Part shown: positions 35,604 to 44,681 of the stretch, one piece after another | Position numbering within the stretch: the stretch's first letter is position 1 | Layout: every line of letters starts with the position of its first letter | Source: a virus | Taxonomy: Duplodnaviria; Caudoviricetes | Length of the DNA: 64,000 nt | Strand: one strand, 5' to 3' | Virus record (IMG/VR): IMGVR_UViG_3300021256_000089 | Coordinates: 1 to 64,000 of that record | Translations under genes and position numbers: made by a program | Notes under the pieces: model-generated | What the model saw: only the letters and a program-made list of their open reading frames with translations | Database searches by the model: none | Told to the model about the DNA's origin: nothing

Positions 35604-35786
35604 TTAAGTAGAACTTTTTTCGTCGCTTTGCTTCGCGTCTGCAACACGTACAACTTTGCTGACATCATATTTCCTGCCGTCAGGAAACTGAACGAATTTG
35701 ATCAGTCCGTTCTCTATGCCTTCAAACAGCTTATACATGTTTGCATATATCGAGTCATCTTTGTAATGCATGTAATCTACGCGCAC
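35604..35786 (-). CDS. 60-aa hypothetical protein
   Basis: AGGAG RBS + GTG. Confidence 0.55.
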   Translation of the reverse strand: MRVDYMHYKDDSIYANMYKLFEGIENGLIKFVQFPDGRKYDVSKVVRVADAKQSDEKSST

Positions 35787-35811
35787 TTCTTTATTTCTCC
35801 TTATTACCTGT

Positions 35812-36537
35812 TTAAAATTCGAAATACATAATGTACCAATTACCTATTGACTCTGTATGATCCTCACCCGGGTCGTCAAAGCCACCGGTACATATCGAAA
35901 ATTCATACATAGTTATTGATGATAAATAGGAACCATCAAAAGTACAAGAAAATTTAGCTCGGTAAATAGAGGAATCGAGTTCACAAGAATAGGCGACGAA
36001 ATCCGAAGGATCAAAAGTCATAACCATCCAAAAGTCGCCGTCTGTATAATATTGAAGATATATACAAAAAGAATTTCTAGTAGGAGGATGAAAATCTTCT
36101 TCGAACCATTCTTGATTACGAATTGTTACTTCCTCATCGCCATGTCCATAAATCACCTTTTTAGGTCTGCCCTTATGAATATTATTAATTGCATTTACAA
36201 ATCCAGTCGGAAATGAAAGCTTCCCTGTTGTTTCAGTTTTTTCGCGAATAGCATCTGCAACAGCAGTTAAAGACTGATCGTTTGCGATGTATTTTTTAGG
36301 TTTTGGAATTTCTTCCCAGATTGCGTATTGTGTTTCACCCGCAGGGTATCCCGGCGCAAATCCAGAACCTGTTCCATCTCGATACATGTTCCATTCTTTA
36401 AAAGTATAACCAGTTGGTGCATCCCAGCCAAGTGTTTCTATGGAAACCGAAGGCTCACCTGTCATACCGTGGTTATCGTCGTATACTGTATCATCGCTCG
36501 TGTAGTTACGATAATATGTTGCTGGTAATCCTGCCAT
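35812..36537 (-). CDS. Virion accessory protein with B-repeat-like segment and LTAVADAIR motif
   Basis: GYTFKEWNMYRDGTG; LTAVADAIREKT...FPTGFVNAINNI. Confidence 0.7.
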   Translation of the reverse strand: MAGLPATYYRNYTSDDTVYDDNHGMTGEPSVSIETLGWDAPTGYTFKEWNMYRDGTGSGFAPGYPAGETQYAIWEEIPKPKKYIANDQSLTAVADAIREKTETTGKLSFPTGFVNAINNIHKGRPKKVIYGHGDEEVTIRNQEWFEEDFHPPTRNSFCIYLQYYTDGDFWMVMTFDPSDFVAYSCELDSSIYRAKFSCTFDGSYLSSITMYEFSICTGGFDDPGEDHTESIGNWYIMYFEF

Positions 36538-37520
36538 CAGAAACTCGCCTCCTCTGCTGCTAACAGCTCATAATCAAAGAGGGCGTCAATTTCTTCAATT
36601 GTAGCATACGGATCAGAGTCTCCCCCGCCACTGCCAAAGACTTCCCACTCGCTTCCGTTCCATGTGTACTTCTTTTCTTCATCTTCAACGAGATACACAT
36701 GGCCAACAGCCTGTCCGGAAGAAGGCAGCGCAGTCTTTGTGGCTACGCTGCCTTTGTAAACATATGCATTCTGGACAGCAGAGTCTGCCCAAATAAGCGT
36801 ATTGTTGCTCACTGTCAACACTTGTCCGTTATGTGACGCACTGTGCGCAGGGAGTCTCTCGATGGAATCAATTTGTTCCTGAAGAGGATTAAGTGTTTTC
36901 CAGTGTTCGGCATCCCATGCTTCAGCGGTCGCAATGTCAACTGTGCACTCCCAGATGTTAAAATCATGGCGCACACGATCTCCAATAGTATATGTTTCCG
37001 AAGCACTATAAACTGGATAATCAGCAATAACATTTTGAACGATACTATTCAATGAGGCTGGAACTAACGCAAATGAGGTTCCTGTGCTGGTAGCAGAATT
37101 AGACAGTTTTGTTACACCATAATAAGTAGTAGTAGCAATAGCACCATCTAAAATGAGGAAATATGATTTATCGTATAGTAGCGGGATAGTTTCGCCTGCT
37201 ATCCATTCATATCGTGCAGCGTCGCCTGCAGTTGAACGTCTAATGCTGTGCGCTCCCAAATTATTGATGTTCAAAGTGGGTACTCCATTATAAGTCTGAG
37301 CTGCAGTAAAAGTAATGAGAAACAAGTCTCCTTCTTGCAATTTCGTCAAATCGGCAATCGTAACGGTTTTTGATCCTGTTGATGCAGCCGTACTACACGT
37401 ACCGTGCCAGATACGCACAGAGCCAATACCAGCTCTCGCTGTCTCGTCTTTGATTTCATATACTTTACTGTTCGGCAACTCGATTCGACTGATGTTGCCA
37501 TCGGAGGGTTCACTTGCCAT
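36537..37520 (-). CDS. Tail protein with CBM5/12-like carbohydrate-binding segment
   Basis: YSASETYTIGDRVRH...WDAEHW; YKGSVAT...YTWNGSEW. Confidence 0.7.
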   Translation of the reverse strand: MASEPSDGNISRIELPNSKVYEIKDETARAGIGSVRIWHGTCSTAASTGSKTVTIADLTKLQEGDLFLITFTAAQTYNGVPTLNINNLGAHSIRRSTAGDAARYEWIAGETIPLLYDKSYFLILDGAIATTTYYGVTKLSNSATSTGTSFALVPASLNSIVQNVIADYPVYSASETYTIGDRVRHDFNIWECTVDIATAEAWDAEHWKTLNPLQEQIDSIERLPAHSASHNGQVLTVSNNTLIWADSAVQNAYVYKGSVATKTALPSSGQAVGHVYLVEDEEKKYTWNGSEWEVFGSGGGDSDPYATIEEIDALFDYELLAAEEASF

Positions 37521-37536
37521 TTAAAGCCCTCCTTTT

Positions 37537-38505
37537 TTACGATACTTCAACCTGTGCCTGCGTACCAGTAAATGTCGGCTTACTGACAGTTCCTTCAGGT
37601 GTGCCGCTTACGCTCACGCTACCCTCGGACCCTGTAAAGGTCGGCTGACTTACAGTGCCGGCAGGTGTAAACTTGCCACTCGCGGACATCGTTGTACCGC
37701 TGAACTTCAGGTTCACACCATCGCCAGTGAATGTAGGCTGAGAAGCAGTCGCACTGTCGATGCCAGTCACGATCGTCTTGCTTGTAAATGAAGGCAGCGT
37801 CACAGCCGTTGGCGTGTTGGCGGTAAAGCTTCCGTTCGTCCAGCTGATTGTCAGCGTTTCATTGGCCACGCTCGTCGTCAACACAGGCATCGTCGCAGAA
37901 GCGGCTGTACCAGCGGTCACCGCACCACCACCCGTAGCGGAAGATGCGACATAGCCAGTCGAACTTTCAGGGGTCACTGTAATCACAGGTGTAGACACTG
38001 TGCCGCCCGGAGTATAGTTCGCGCTGCCCGTGCCGACATTGATCGTTCCGGTCGGCGTACCGCTCACGCTGACGTTGCCCTCAGTCCCCGTAAATGTAGG
38101 CTTGCTGACAGTTCCCGCAGGCGTAAACTCGCCGCTGGAAGTCATCGCAGTTCCCGTAAACGTAGGCTGGCTCACAGAACCAGCGGGCGTAAAGTTTCCG
38201 GTCGCGCTATCCTTGTAGGCCAGAGCGCCAAGCCCAGTCGTATCGCCGAACTCGTGCCACGCGCTGTCGGAGTTAGAATAAACAAATTCCTTGTTATTGT
38301 AGATGGCAATACCGCCATTGACAGCGGAGATCGTCTTGCCACCGACAATGATCTCAGTCGCCTGAGAACCGTCGGTGAGTTCAGTTGTAGTCACACCAAG
38401 GAATGATGTGCCGCCAGCAATCGCTTCACGGGCAGTAGCGTCCTTGATGTCATAAGTCGTGCCAGAAGGCAGCGTAATCCTGCTAATATCAGGCATTGAT
38501 ATCAC
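37537..38505 (-). CDS. Repeat protein with GTVS[QK]PTFTG motifs
   Basis: At least 5 copies of F/YTPxGTVSxPTFTG. Confidence 0.75.
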   Translation of the reverse strand: MISMPDISRITLPSGTTYDIKDATAREAIAGGTSFLGVTTTELTDGSQATEIIVGGKTISAVNGGIAIYNNKEFVYSNSDSAWHEFGDTTGLGALAYKDSATGNFTPAGSVSQPTFTGTAMTSSGEFTPAGTVSKPTFTGTEGNVSVSGTPTGTINVGTGSANYTPGGTVSTPVITVTPESSTGYVASSATGGGAVTAGTAASATMPVLTTSVANETLTISWTNGSFTANTPTAVTLPSFTSKTIVTGIDSATASQPTFTGDGVNLKFSGTTMSASGKFTPAGTVSQPTFTGSEGSVSVSGTPEGTVSKPTFTGTQAQVEVS

Positions 38506-38508
38506 TCC

Positions 38509-39045
38509 TTAGTTTCTTGTAAAGACAAGGGTTTCTCCCTGTGTCTCGTAATTCAGCTTTGCGTTCCAGAAGGCTTTCTCTTCCGGCGTAACGTGTATAT
38601 CCGTATTGTTCACATGATTGTTTAGCACGTCAACAATTTGATCTGTTACGTCATCGCCAAGGAAAGGCAAGTCGACAACATAAGCGCTGCCGTCACCAAT
38701 CTTGATGCCGGGATAAGCAACACCGTCGATGACTGTGCGATCGGTGTAGATAACCATCTCGCCAGCATCCGGCACGTAATCGCGATGCTCATTCCAATAA
38801 GAAGTTGGATGCACGTCCATCGCTTCGATCGTTGTCTCGATCACAATGTCTTCGCTGCCATCAAAATAAGCCTGCCCGGACACAGCGCCATGCAGACCGA
38901 TGGTCCTGCCCGTTGTCAGCTTATCAGCCGTCAGAGCACGGAGTGCGAGATTGGCAACCGTTGAACCGCCAAGGTTCAGCTTCAGCGGATCTCCCTTGAG
39001 ATTCAATTTCAGCTTGTCAGGATCTTTCAATACAAGATTCGGCAT
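38509..39045 (-). CDS. Tail-fibre-like protein with Mtd/hyaluronidase-type N-terminal-like domain
   Basis: LTTGRTIGLHGAVSGQAYFDGSEDI; WN...GEMVIY...IKIGDG...DLPF. Confidence 0.7.
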   Translation of the reverse strand: MPNLVLKDPDKLKLNLKGDPLKLNLGGSTVANLALRALTADKLTTGRTIGLHGAVSGQAYFDGSEDIVIETTIEAMDVHPTSYWNEHRDYVPDAGEMVIYTDRTVIDGVAYPGIKIGDGSAYVVDLPFLGDDVTDQIVDVLNNHVNNTDIHVTPEEKAFWNAKLNYETQGETLVFTRN

Positions 39046-39380
39046 CAGACGCTCACCTCGTTCTCCGCATGCGTAATTTCGGAGTTCAGGATGAAGCTGC
39101 CAACGAACGTCTTTTTAATCGACGGGCCTACGAGTTCAATGTCGAACTGATAGTAGCCGAACGCCAGATGATCAGTGTCTTCCGGCTGAATCGTGAATGC
39201 GAACTCATCGTCTGCAACCTTGACGATCGTGCCGTCTCCAAGACGTTTCTGGAACAGCGGCTTCTTGTCGTACCGCGTTCTCTTGACGGTAAAATAGATC
39301 TCCGTCAGTTCGGGGATGACGTCGGCCTCGATCGTAAAACTCTGTACCATCAGGTCGCCTCTTGCCATCTCAATCTTCAT
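39045..39380 (-). CDS. BppU/baseplate-adapter-like Ig-fold protein
   Basis: RGD...FT...IYFTVK...TIQPEDT...YQFDIEL. Confidence 0.65.
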   Translation of the reverse strand: MKIEMARGDLMVQSFTIEADVIPELTEIYFTVKRTRYDKKPLFQKRLGDGTIVKVADDEFAFTIQPEDTDHLAFGYYQFDIELVGPSIKKTFVGSFILNSEITHAENEVSV

Positions 39381-39395
39381 CGCTATCCCTCCTTC

Positions 39396-39623
39396 TCATC
39401 TGAATTGAGCGCCATAGACCGTCCCCGTCACCGTCACGTTGTTGAATGTAGGTGTGGCGGTTGTCGTAAGATCGGTCTGTGCATTGGTCAGGTTCGTGTA
39501 TTCTTCCTGTGTAAAGTTATTGGATGACAGCCCTTTCCCGGCTTCCTTGTCCTGCTTCCCGTTCAGAAGCCTCTGGAAGACATTGCGGAAAGCTGTCAGC
39601 CCGGTTAAGTCAAGAGCTTTCAT
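39396..39623 (-). CDS. Mini tail-fibre-like protein (KQDKEAGKGLSSNNFT)
   Basis: Shared motif family. Confidence 0.75.
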   Translation of the reverse strand: MKALDLTGLTAFRNVFQRLLNGKQDKEAGKGLSSNNFTQEEYTNLTNAQTDLTTTATPTFNNVTVTGTVYGAQFR

Positions 39624-39635
39624 CGTATCACGCCC

Positions 39636-40112
39636 TTACAAAAATTTCAAGTTGTCAATATAGCCGTTGACTGTCAGATCCTCAAATGTCGGAGAATCGG
39701 TTGTAGCTAGCGGCTGCATGTGGACGAGCTTTGATTTCTCGGAATCTGTCAGATCATTTGTTGATAGTCCCTTGCCAGTCTCCTTGTCCTGTTTGCGTGA
39801 AAGCCTGCCGCGAATCAGCTTGCACAGCGTCCGCAGGCCGCTCTCATCCAGCAGGTTCGGATGCTGGATCTCGTGTGTCCAGATCGCGTAGTGGTATCCT
39901 TCGCTGACATCGACCACGTCTCCGATCGCATAAGAAGTGCCACTGCCGTCACGTGCCGTGTTCCAAGATTGTAAAATATACCCGGCAGGAACTCCGGGGA
40001 TTTCTGTTGCATCCGGGAACACGAATGTTATAGCATCTACGCGGACGGCATGCACAAGAACCATGTCATCTGGTGTAAGGTTTCGATAAACTACTGGTGT
40101 ATCCGCAGCCAT
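39636..40112 (-). CDS. B-repeat-like domain + KQDKETGKGLSTNDLT module
   Basis: GYILQSWNTARDGSG; motif shared with 35812..36537 and the mini fibres. Confidence 0.75.
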   Translation of the reverse strand: MAADTPVVYRNLTPDDMVLVHAVRVDAITFVFPDATEIPGVPAGYILQSWNTARDGSGTSYAIGDVVDVSEGYHYAIWTHEIQHPNLLDESGLRTLCKLIRGRLSRKQDKETGKGLSTNDLTDSEKSKLVHMQPLATTDSPTFEDLTVNGYIDNLKFL

Positions 40113-40123
40113 TCAATCACCCC

Positions 40124-40354
40124 TTACTGGAAGTCGACCGCGTTCAGCGTTCCTGTCAGATTAAGTCCGCTGAATGTCGGATGCCCCGTCAGGTCTTCCT
40201 GCATGCCGGCCAGCTTGTTTTTCTCCGCATCTGTAAAGTCAACATCAGACAATCCTTTGCCGTCAATTTTGTCAACCTTCGTTCTGAGCTGCTTGTGGAT
40301 CAGGCTGCATATCACATGAAGCGCACGTGGGTTTACATATGTGTGTTGAATCAT
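40124..40354 (-). CDS. Mini tail-fibre-like protein (KVDKIDGKGLSDVDFT)
   Basis: Shared motif family. Confidence 0.75.
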   Translation of the reverse strand: MIQHTYVNPRALHVICSLIHKQLRTKVDKIDGKGLSDVDFTDAEKNKLAGMQEDLTGHPTFSGLNLTGTLNAVDFQ

Positions 40355-40446
40355 ATGTCTTCACCTTCAATTATTTTACGAAGCAGATTTACTGTCACCA
40401 CAATCTGAGGATCTGTGCATTGCCATGACTTTGTTACTGTTGCCAT
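40351..40446 (-). CDS. 31-aa ORF (MATVTKSWQCTDPQIVVTVNLLRKIIEGEDI), possible gene remnant
   Basis: AAGGGGTGA RBS; ATGA overlap with the next gene. Confidence 0.45.
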   Translation of the reverse strand: MATVTKSWQCTDPQIVVTVNLLRKIIEGEDI

Positions 40447-40458
40447 TCACGTCACCCC

Positions 40459-41142
40459 TTACGGTGTGTCGTCGACAACATCATCCACATCGGATGTAGT
40501 CGCGTAATCAAGCTCACCAGCAAGGTCATCCCATGCGGTTCCGGTCCACACATAGTTCGATCCGGTATCCGCAACATTGTAGACCCAGCCGGGTACAACC
40601 GTTGTGGGCAGATCAGCATATGTCGCCACAGATCCCTTGTACACCATGACATCGGTCACTTCTGTCGGGATAATGTATCCAGCTTCCTCAAAAATGTTGA
40701 TGATCTCCTGATCTGTCAGCGGTACAAAATAGTATTCAGCCGCCTCTGCAGCCGCAGCCTCTGCCGCAGCTTGCGCCGTCTCAGCTGCGGTTTGCGCAGC
40801 CTGTGCTGCCACCTTGGAAGCGTTGGCGTTATTCGCGCTTGTTGCCGCGTTTGTGGCGCTTGTGGCAGCTTCGGATGCCTTCGCGCTTGCTGTCGACGCG
40901 GACCCGGCAGCTTCGCTTGCCTTCGCGCTGGCTGTTGTGGCAGAAGCGGCAGCATTGCTAGCATAAGTTGCTGCATTTGTTGCCGCGTTTGTCGCCGTAT
41001 TTGCAGTTGCGGTTACCTGTGTTGCCGCATTATTGATTGCGTTAATAACGCCGCTCTGGTTTTGCTGGATACCTACAATAGCCGTACGAATGTCTTCGCC
41101 TTTGTTTTCTGTGAGCAGCCTTTTAGGACCGATTTCACTCAT
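40459..41142 (-). CDS. Ala-rich coiled-coil tail fibre protein (TASAKASEAA repeats)
   Basis: Stalk repeats; YKGSVAT...YVWTGTAWD. Confidence 0.8.
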   Translation of the reverse strand: MSEIGPKRLLTENKGEDIRTAIVGIQQNQSGVINAINNAATQVTATANTATNAATNAATYASNAAASATTASAKASEAAGSASTASAKASEAATSATNAATSANNANASKVAAQAAQTAAETAQAAAEAAAAEAAEYYFVPLTDQEIINIFEEAGYIIPTEVTDVMVYKGSVATYADLPTTVVPGWVYNVADTGSNYVWTGTAWDDLAGELDYATTSDVDDVVDDTP

Positions 41143-41420
41143 GCGCCTGTCGCCTCCTTATATGCAAGCTCGTTACGAATTCGCGCAATCGCTTGCGGTA
41201 TATAAGTTGTCATTTCTTGAATTAACTCGTCCTGAAAGCCTGCCTGCAGATCATCTGCTAGATTCGCAGCCGCTTTCGCGATTTCTTCCTCGATGTCATA
41301 AATGCCTTGCTGCTTGAGGTTTTCGATTTCTTCATTTGATAAAATGCCGGAGATAGCCTGACGCAGCGCATCTTCGACATAGCTTGTAAACATTTCCCAA
41401 TTACGTTCCACCAGACTCAT
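41139..41420 (-). CDS. Helical hypothetical protein
   Basis: Coupled overlaps on both sides. Confidence 0.7.
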   Translation of the reverse strand: MSLVERNWEMFTSYVEDALRQAISGILSNEEIENLKQQGIYDIEEEIAKAAANLADDLQAGFQDELIQEMTTYIPQAIARIRNELAYKEATGA

Positions 41421-43725
41421 CCCCTTCCGGATTCTTTAATTTCTTTTCGATATAATCATCGATCCTTTTTCGCAAGTCGTTTCGGAGTCGTTGTTTCAAT
41501 GTGAGCATTTCAAGCTTAATAATAGATCCTACGGCCGCTGTGGCTTGTGCGATTGGATTCGACTGGCTGGTTTTTAGATTGGCGATCGCTTCTTTGATGG
41601 CTTCACCTTTGACGTCTGTCATAATCCGTACAGTGGCCAAATGGTCACTTTCTGTCCAATTGTCTGGATCTTCCCATCCTACCGGTTTTGTTTCGTTTTC
41701 AAGTACCTGCGCGACGTATCCAGCCTCGTCAACAAAAAGACCCGTTTTCATAAAGTCTTTCATTGCTTCGATTTCTTCTTCCGTAAGCGGCAATCCTTTT
41801 GTCATTAGCTGTACAGTATTCGTAAAACCACTGTATTCACCATAGCTGTCTACTGCCCGTACACGCCACTCTTGAATATCGCCAGCAGATGAAGGAATTG
41901 GAATCGTTGCATCGTACATGTATTTATTCTCCTGGTCGTCCCATGTAGGATCAGAAGTTAAGCGAATTGTTTCCCATGCACCCCATCTGCTTTTTTCGTA
42001 AATGCGTGTCTGTATCTCGTATTGCAGATCACTGTCATTATCGATATCTGTAGCGGCGTTCCATGATAAAGTAGCGGTATATGAAGAAGGATTCTCGCTT
42101 CTTTTAGCGACAATTGACTTACTTTCTTTATAAGTAAGTTGCAAGCTCATTGCCGCACTGCCGGTAAATGCTGGCGGTGTGTTGCGTATAATTGTAGCCG
42201 TTCCAGCAAAGGAGCTTTTATAATCATAGCTGTCGACAGCTTGCACTTCGTAAACCTGTTTGTATCCCGGGACCGACACGGTCGGAGTAACGGGCGAAGC
42301 ATATACGTAGCTCTGTGGCATAAAGCTAACACTTGCGCCCATTTCTTCCCAGTTTGTTATTGCCTGATCATTTGCGTCGAGAATACGTGTCCGCAACCGA
42401 TAAGACGTACTTGATGGAAGGCCATTCGTATGAAAACAGATATACACTCGTCCGCTAGCCCACAACTTGGTTGTATCGTAAGCTGTCTGTAATTCGTTTT
42501 CCCTCAAGAAACCTTTCATGATTGGAGCTGCCGGGTTCTGGTGTTGATGCAGTTCACCGTAACCATCCTTAATTTCCGACCAATCGGACCACACACCTTC
42601 ATCGTCCATGGCTCTGATTTGATAATATTTTGGAGCATGCATGATTTCAGCATGTGAGCTGATCGGTACATAATACGGTGCCTTACGCGTGAACCCGAGT
42701 GTACGCCAATTGGATGGGTCGCTGCCTCCAGTATTACTGTATCTAATCTCGTATTGAACCACTGCAGGGAAAATACTCTTGCTTTCACTATATGGTTTCT
42801 TCGAGATTGTAGAATCAGGATCAATAGCCTCATCCCAGATAATAATGATCGGTCCGTTTAGATAATCCTTAGGCAGGATCTGAACCTTGGTCGGTGCTCC
42901 AGGCACCTGATTTTTAAAGACCGTCCCGTATTCGAAGCTTGTCAGCAATTGAGAGCTTTTCTTTAATGTATCTGGATGTTCGGTATCGCTTAATGTCTGT
43001 ACTGCATATCGTCTCTTCTGGCCTCGAGTCGCAGGAGGCACGACTGTACACGAGCCGGAACCCTTCTTTGTCTTGACAATTTTATAAGATACCCATCCGG
43101 AAATACCAGACGGATACTCTTTCTTTTCCATATCGTAATCTTTGTACCAGATCCGGTAGCCAGCAATCTTTTTGTCACTACTTCCTGTTGCCCCGCTCCA
43201 GTGCAATTCGGTTTCCGTTTCGACACACCACTTTGTTACGCTGTAATCTGTAGGCGGGGCGAAAGTTGCAGCCGGACTGCCATCTGTCCATTTAACGGTA
43301 AGTTCAGCCGTGAAGGCTACGGTTGTTGTAGATATCGTAACAGAACGATCAAGCATAGTCGGAGAAGAACCGCTGCTCCCACCAGAACCTCCTGTTGGCG
43401 TGCTACCGACACCATATGAGAAAAACATCTTCAAGTTAAATGAAGATTGTTTCGAATCCGTGTTGATATATTTTCGAACGTCGATTGTCGTCTCGGCTCC
43501 CAATGAGCTGACTGTTACAAGCTCTCCGGACGCAGTCATAGCGCGTAGCAACGCTCCGGATTTTGGTGTGCCTGTAATTGTTACAACCAATTTGGCGGAA
43601 GTAATTTCCGCGTCTTTGACGATTGGCGTATTATATGATGCTTTCTGAGACGACTCGACTGTGTTCCCTTTTTTTACATTGATTGCCCACTCGCTCCAGG
43701 AGGCTTTGCTTGTATGTGTAGCCAT
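41401..43725 (-). CDS. FN3-like repeat virion protein, third family member
   Basis: LHWSGATG...GYRIWY, IIWDEAIDPD...YEIRY, LSWNAATDID...EWRVRAVDSYG. Confidence 0.8.
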   Translation of the reverse strand: MATHTSKASWSEWAINVKKGNTVESSQKASYNTPIVKDAEITSAKLVVTITGTPKSGALLRAMTASGELVTVSSLGAETTIDVRKYINTDSKQSSFNLKMFFSYGVGSTPTGGSGGSSGSSPTMLDRSVTISTTTVAFTAELTVKWTDGSPAATFAPPTDYSVTKWCVETETELHWSGATGSSDKKIAGYRIWYKDYDMEKKEYPSGISGWVSYKIVKTKKGSGSCTVVPPATRGQKRRYAVQTLSDTEHPDTLKKSSQLLTSFEYGTVFKNQVPGAPTKVQILPKDYLNGPIIIIWDEAIDPDSTISKKPYSESKSIFPAVVQYEIRYSNTGGSDPSNWRTLGFTRKAPYYVPISSHAEIMHAPKYYQIRAMDDEGVWSDWSEIKDGYGELHQHQNPAAPIMKGFLRENELQTAYDTTKLWASGRVYICFHTNGLPSSTSYRLRTRILDANDQAITNWEEMGASVSFMPQSYVYASPVTPTVSVPGYKQVYEVQAVDSYDYKSSFAGTATIIRNTPPAFTGSAAMSLQLTYKESKSIVAKRSENPSSYTATLSWNAATDIDNDSDLQYEIQTRIYEKSRWGAWETIRLTSDPTWDDQENKYMYDATIPIPSSAGDIQEWRVRAVDSYGEYSGFTNTVQLMTKGLPLTEEEIEAMKDFMKTGLFVDEAGYVAQVLENETKPVGWEDPDNWTESDHLATVRIMTDVKGEAIKEAIANLKTSQSNPIAQATAAVGSIIKLEMLTLKQRLRNDLRKRIDDYIEKKLKNPEGDESGGT

Positions 43726-44244
43726 TTAGCCACCTCCTGTTTCTTGATGCAATTGTTCGTCGATTGTATCCGTCAGCTGCGCGAATAAGGTCGACTCAAT
43801 ATCGTAGATAAAGCTGCCTGGTTTCAGGTTTTCACTCGGCCAGCTTTCTTCTGTATCGTTCTCTGTCTGTGTTTGTGACTGATTCTGATCATCGGTCTCG
43901 GGTGTAGACAGGTCTACATCCCAAATTTCCTTAATCATTGTTTTGCGTAGATGCTCGACAATTGTTTCAAGTCCTGTTTGCAGAGCTTTATAGTCAGTGA
44001 TAGCATCTTCAATTTCTTTGCCGATAACATCTGAAGCCATGCGCTGCGTCGCTTTCGTCACGTCGACGCCATAGCTCGTATAATGATCACCCTTGACTGT
44101 CTGGGCAATATATCCGTCAGGACCAACGTAAAAACCGAGAGAGGCGGGGTCCCTGTGAATTACACCGTCGGCTGTGCTGTCGACAGACCACATGCTGTCT
44201 CCGGTATCGATTACTTTATAGGGCACAGAAACCCCACCTCCCAT
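43726..44244 (-). CDS. Hypothetical protein sharing a GYxAQ domain with the C-terminus of 41401..43725
   Basis: LGFYVGPDGYIAQ vs GLFVDEAGYVAQ. Confidence 0.7.
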   Translation of the reverse strand: MGGGVSVPYKVIDTGDSMWSVDSTADGVIHRDPASLGFYVGPDGYIAQTVKGDHYTSYGVDVTKATQRMASDVIGKEIEDAITDYKALQTGLETIVEHLRKTMIKEIWDVDLSTPETDDQNQSQTQTENDTEESWPSENLKPGSFIYDIESTLFAQLTDTIDEQLHQETGGG

Positions 44245-44246
44245 TG

Positions 44247-44669
44247 TTATTCAATAAAGTTGATAAAGCCTTCCAGCCTTGTCATGTCGACGAGCGTCAG
44301 CTTCACATCTCCGACGCTGTTAAGCCTGAGATCAATCGGCTTGAAATCGATCTCAGCTTCCTGTTCACCAAGCTCGTTAACTTCGTTTGCGAAGCCTGTC
44401 ATGCGCCGCATCACGTCGGCACGGTCTTCGTCTGTTTGATTTGCACTAGTCAAGTCTGTATTTTGCTTCGAGAAATCGACTCTGCCATCTTCCTTGACAA
44501 CTCCTCCATACTTTTGAAGAAGCTTTTTTTCAAGTTCAATTTGGCTATTGACTAGCGGTTCTAATTGTTTAAGCAAAAGAGAAAGACGGTATGCTGCTGC
44601 AATCGGCAGCTCGCTGTCTTTCAGCTTCGCAAGAGTCTGATAAGCAGATGTAATCTGTTTCTGTTTCAT
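44247..44669 (-). CDS. DUF1617-like tail-associated protein
   Basis: LPIAAAYRLSLLLKQLE...EKKLLQKYG...L..QEAEI. Confidence 0.7.
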   Translation of the reverse strand: MKQKQITSAYQTLAKLKDSELPIAAAYRLSLLLKQLEPLVNSQIELEKKLLQKYGGVVKEDGRVDFSKQNTDLTSANQTDEDRADVMRRMTGFANEVNELGEQEAEIDFKPIDLRLNSVGDVKLTLVDMTRLEGFINFIE

Positions 44670-44681
44670 TTCCTTACCCCT

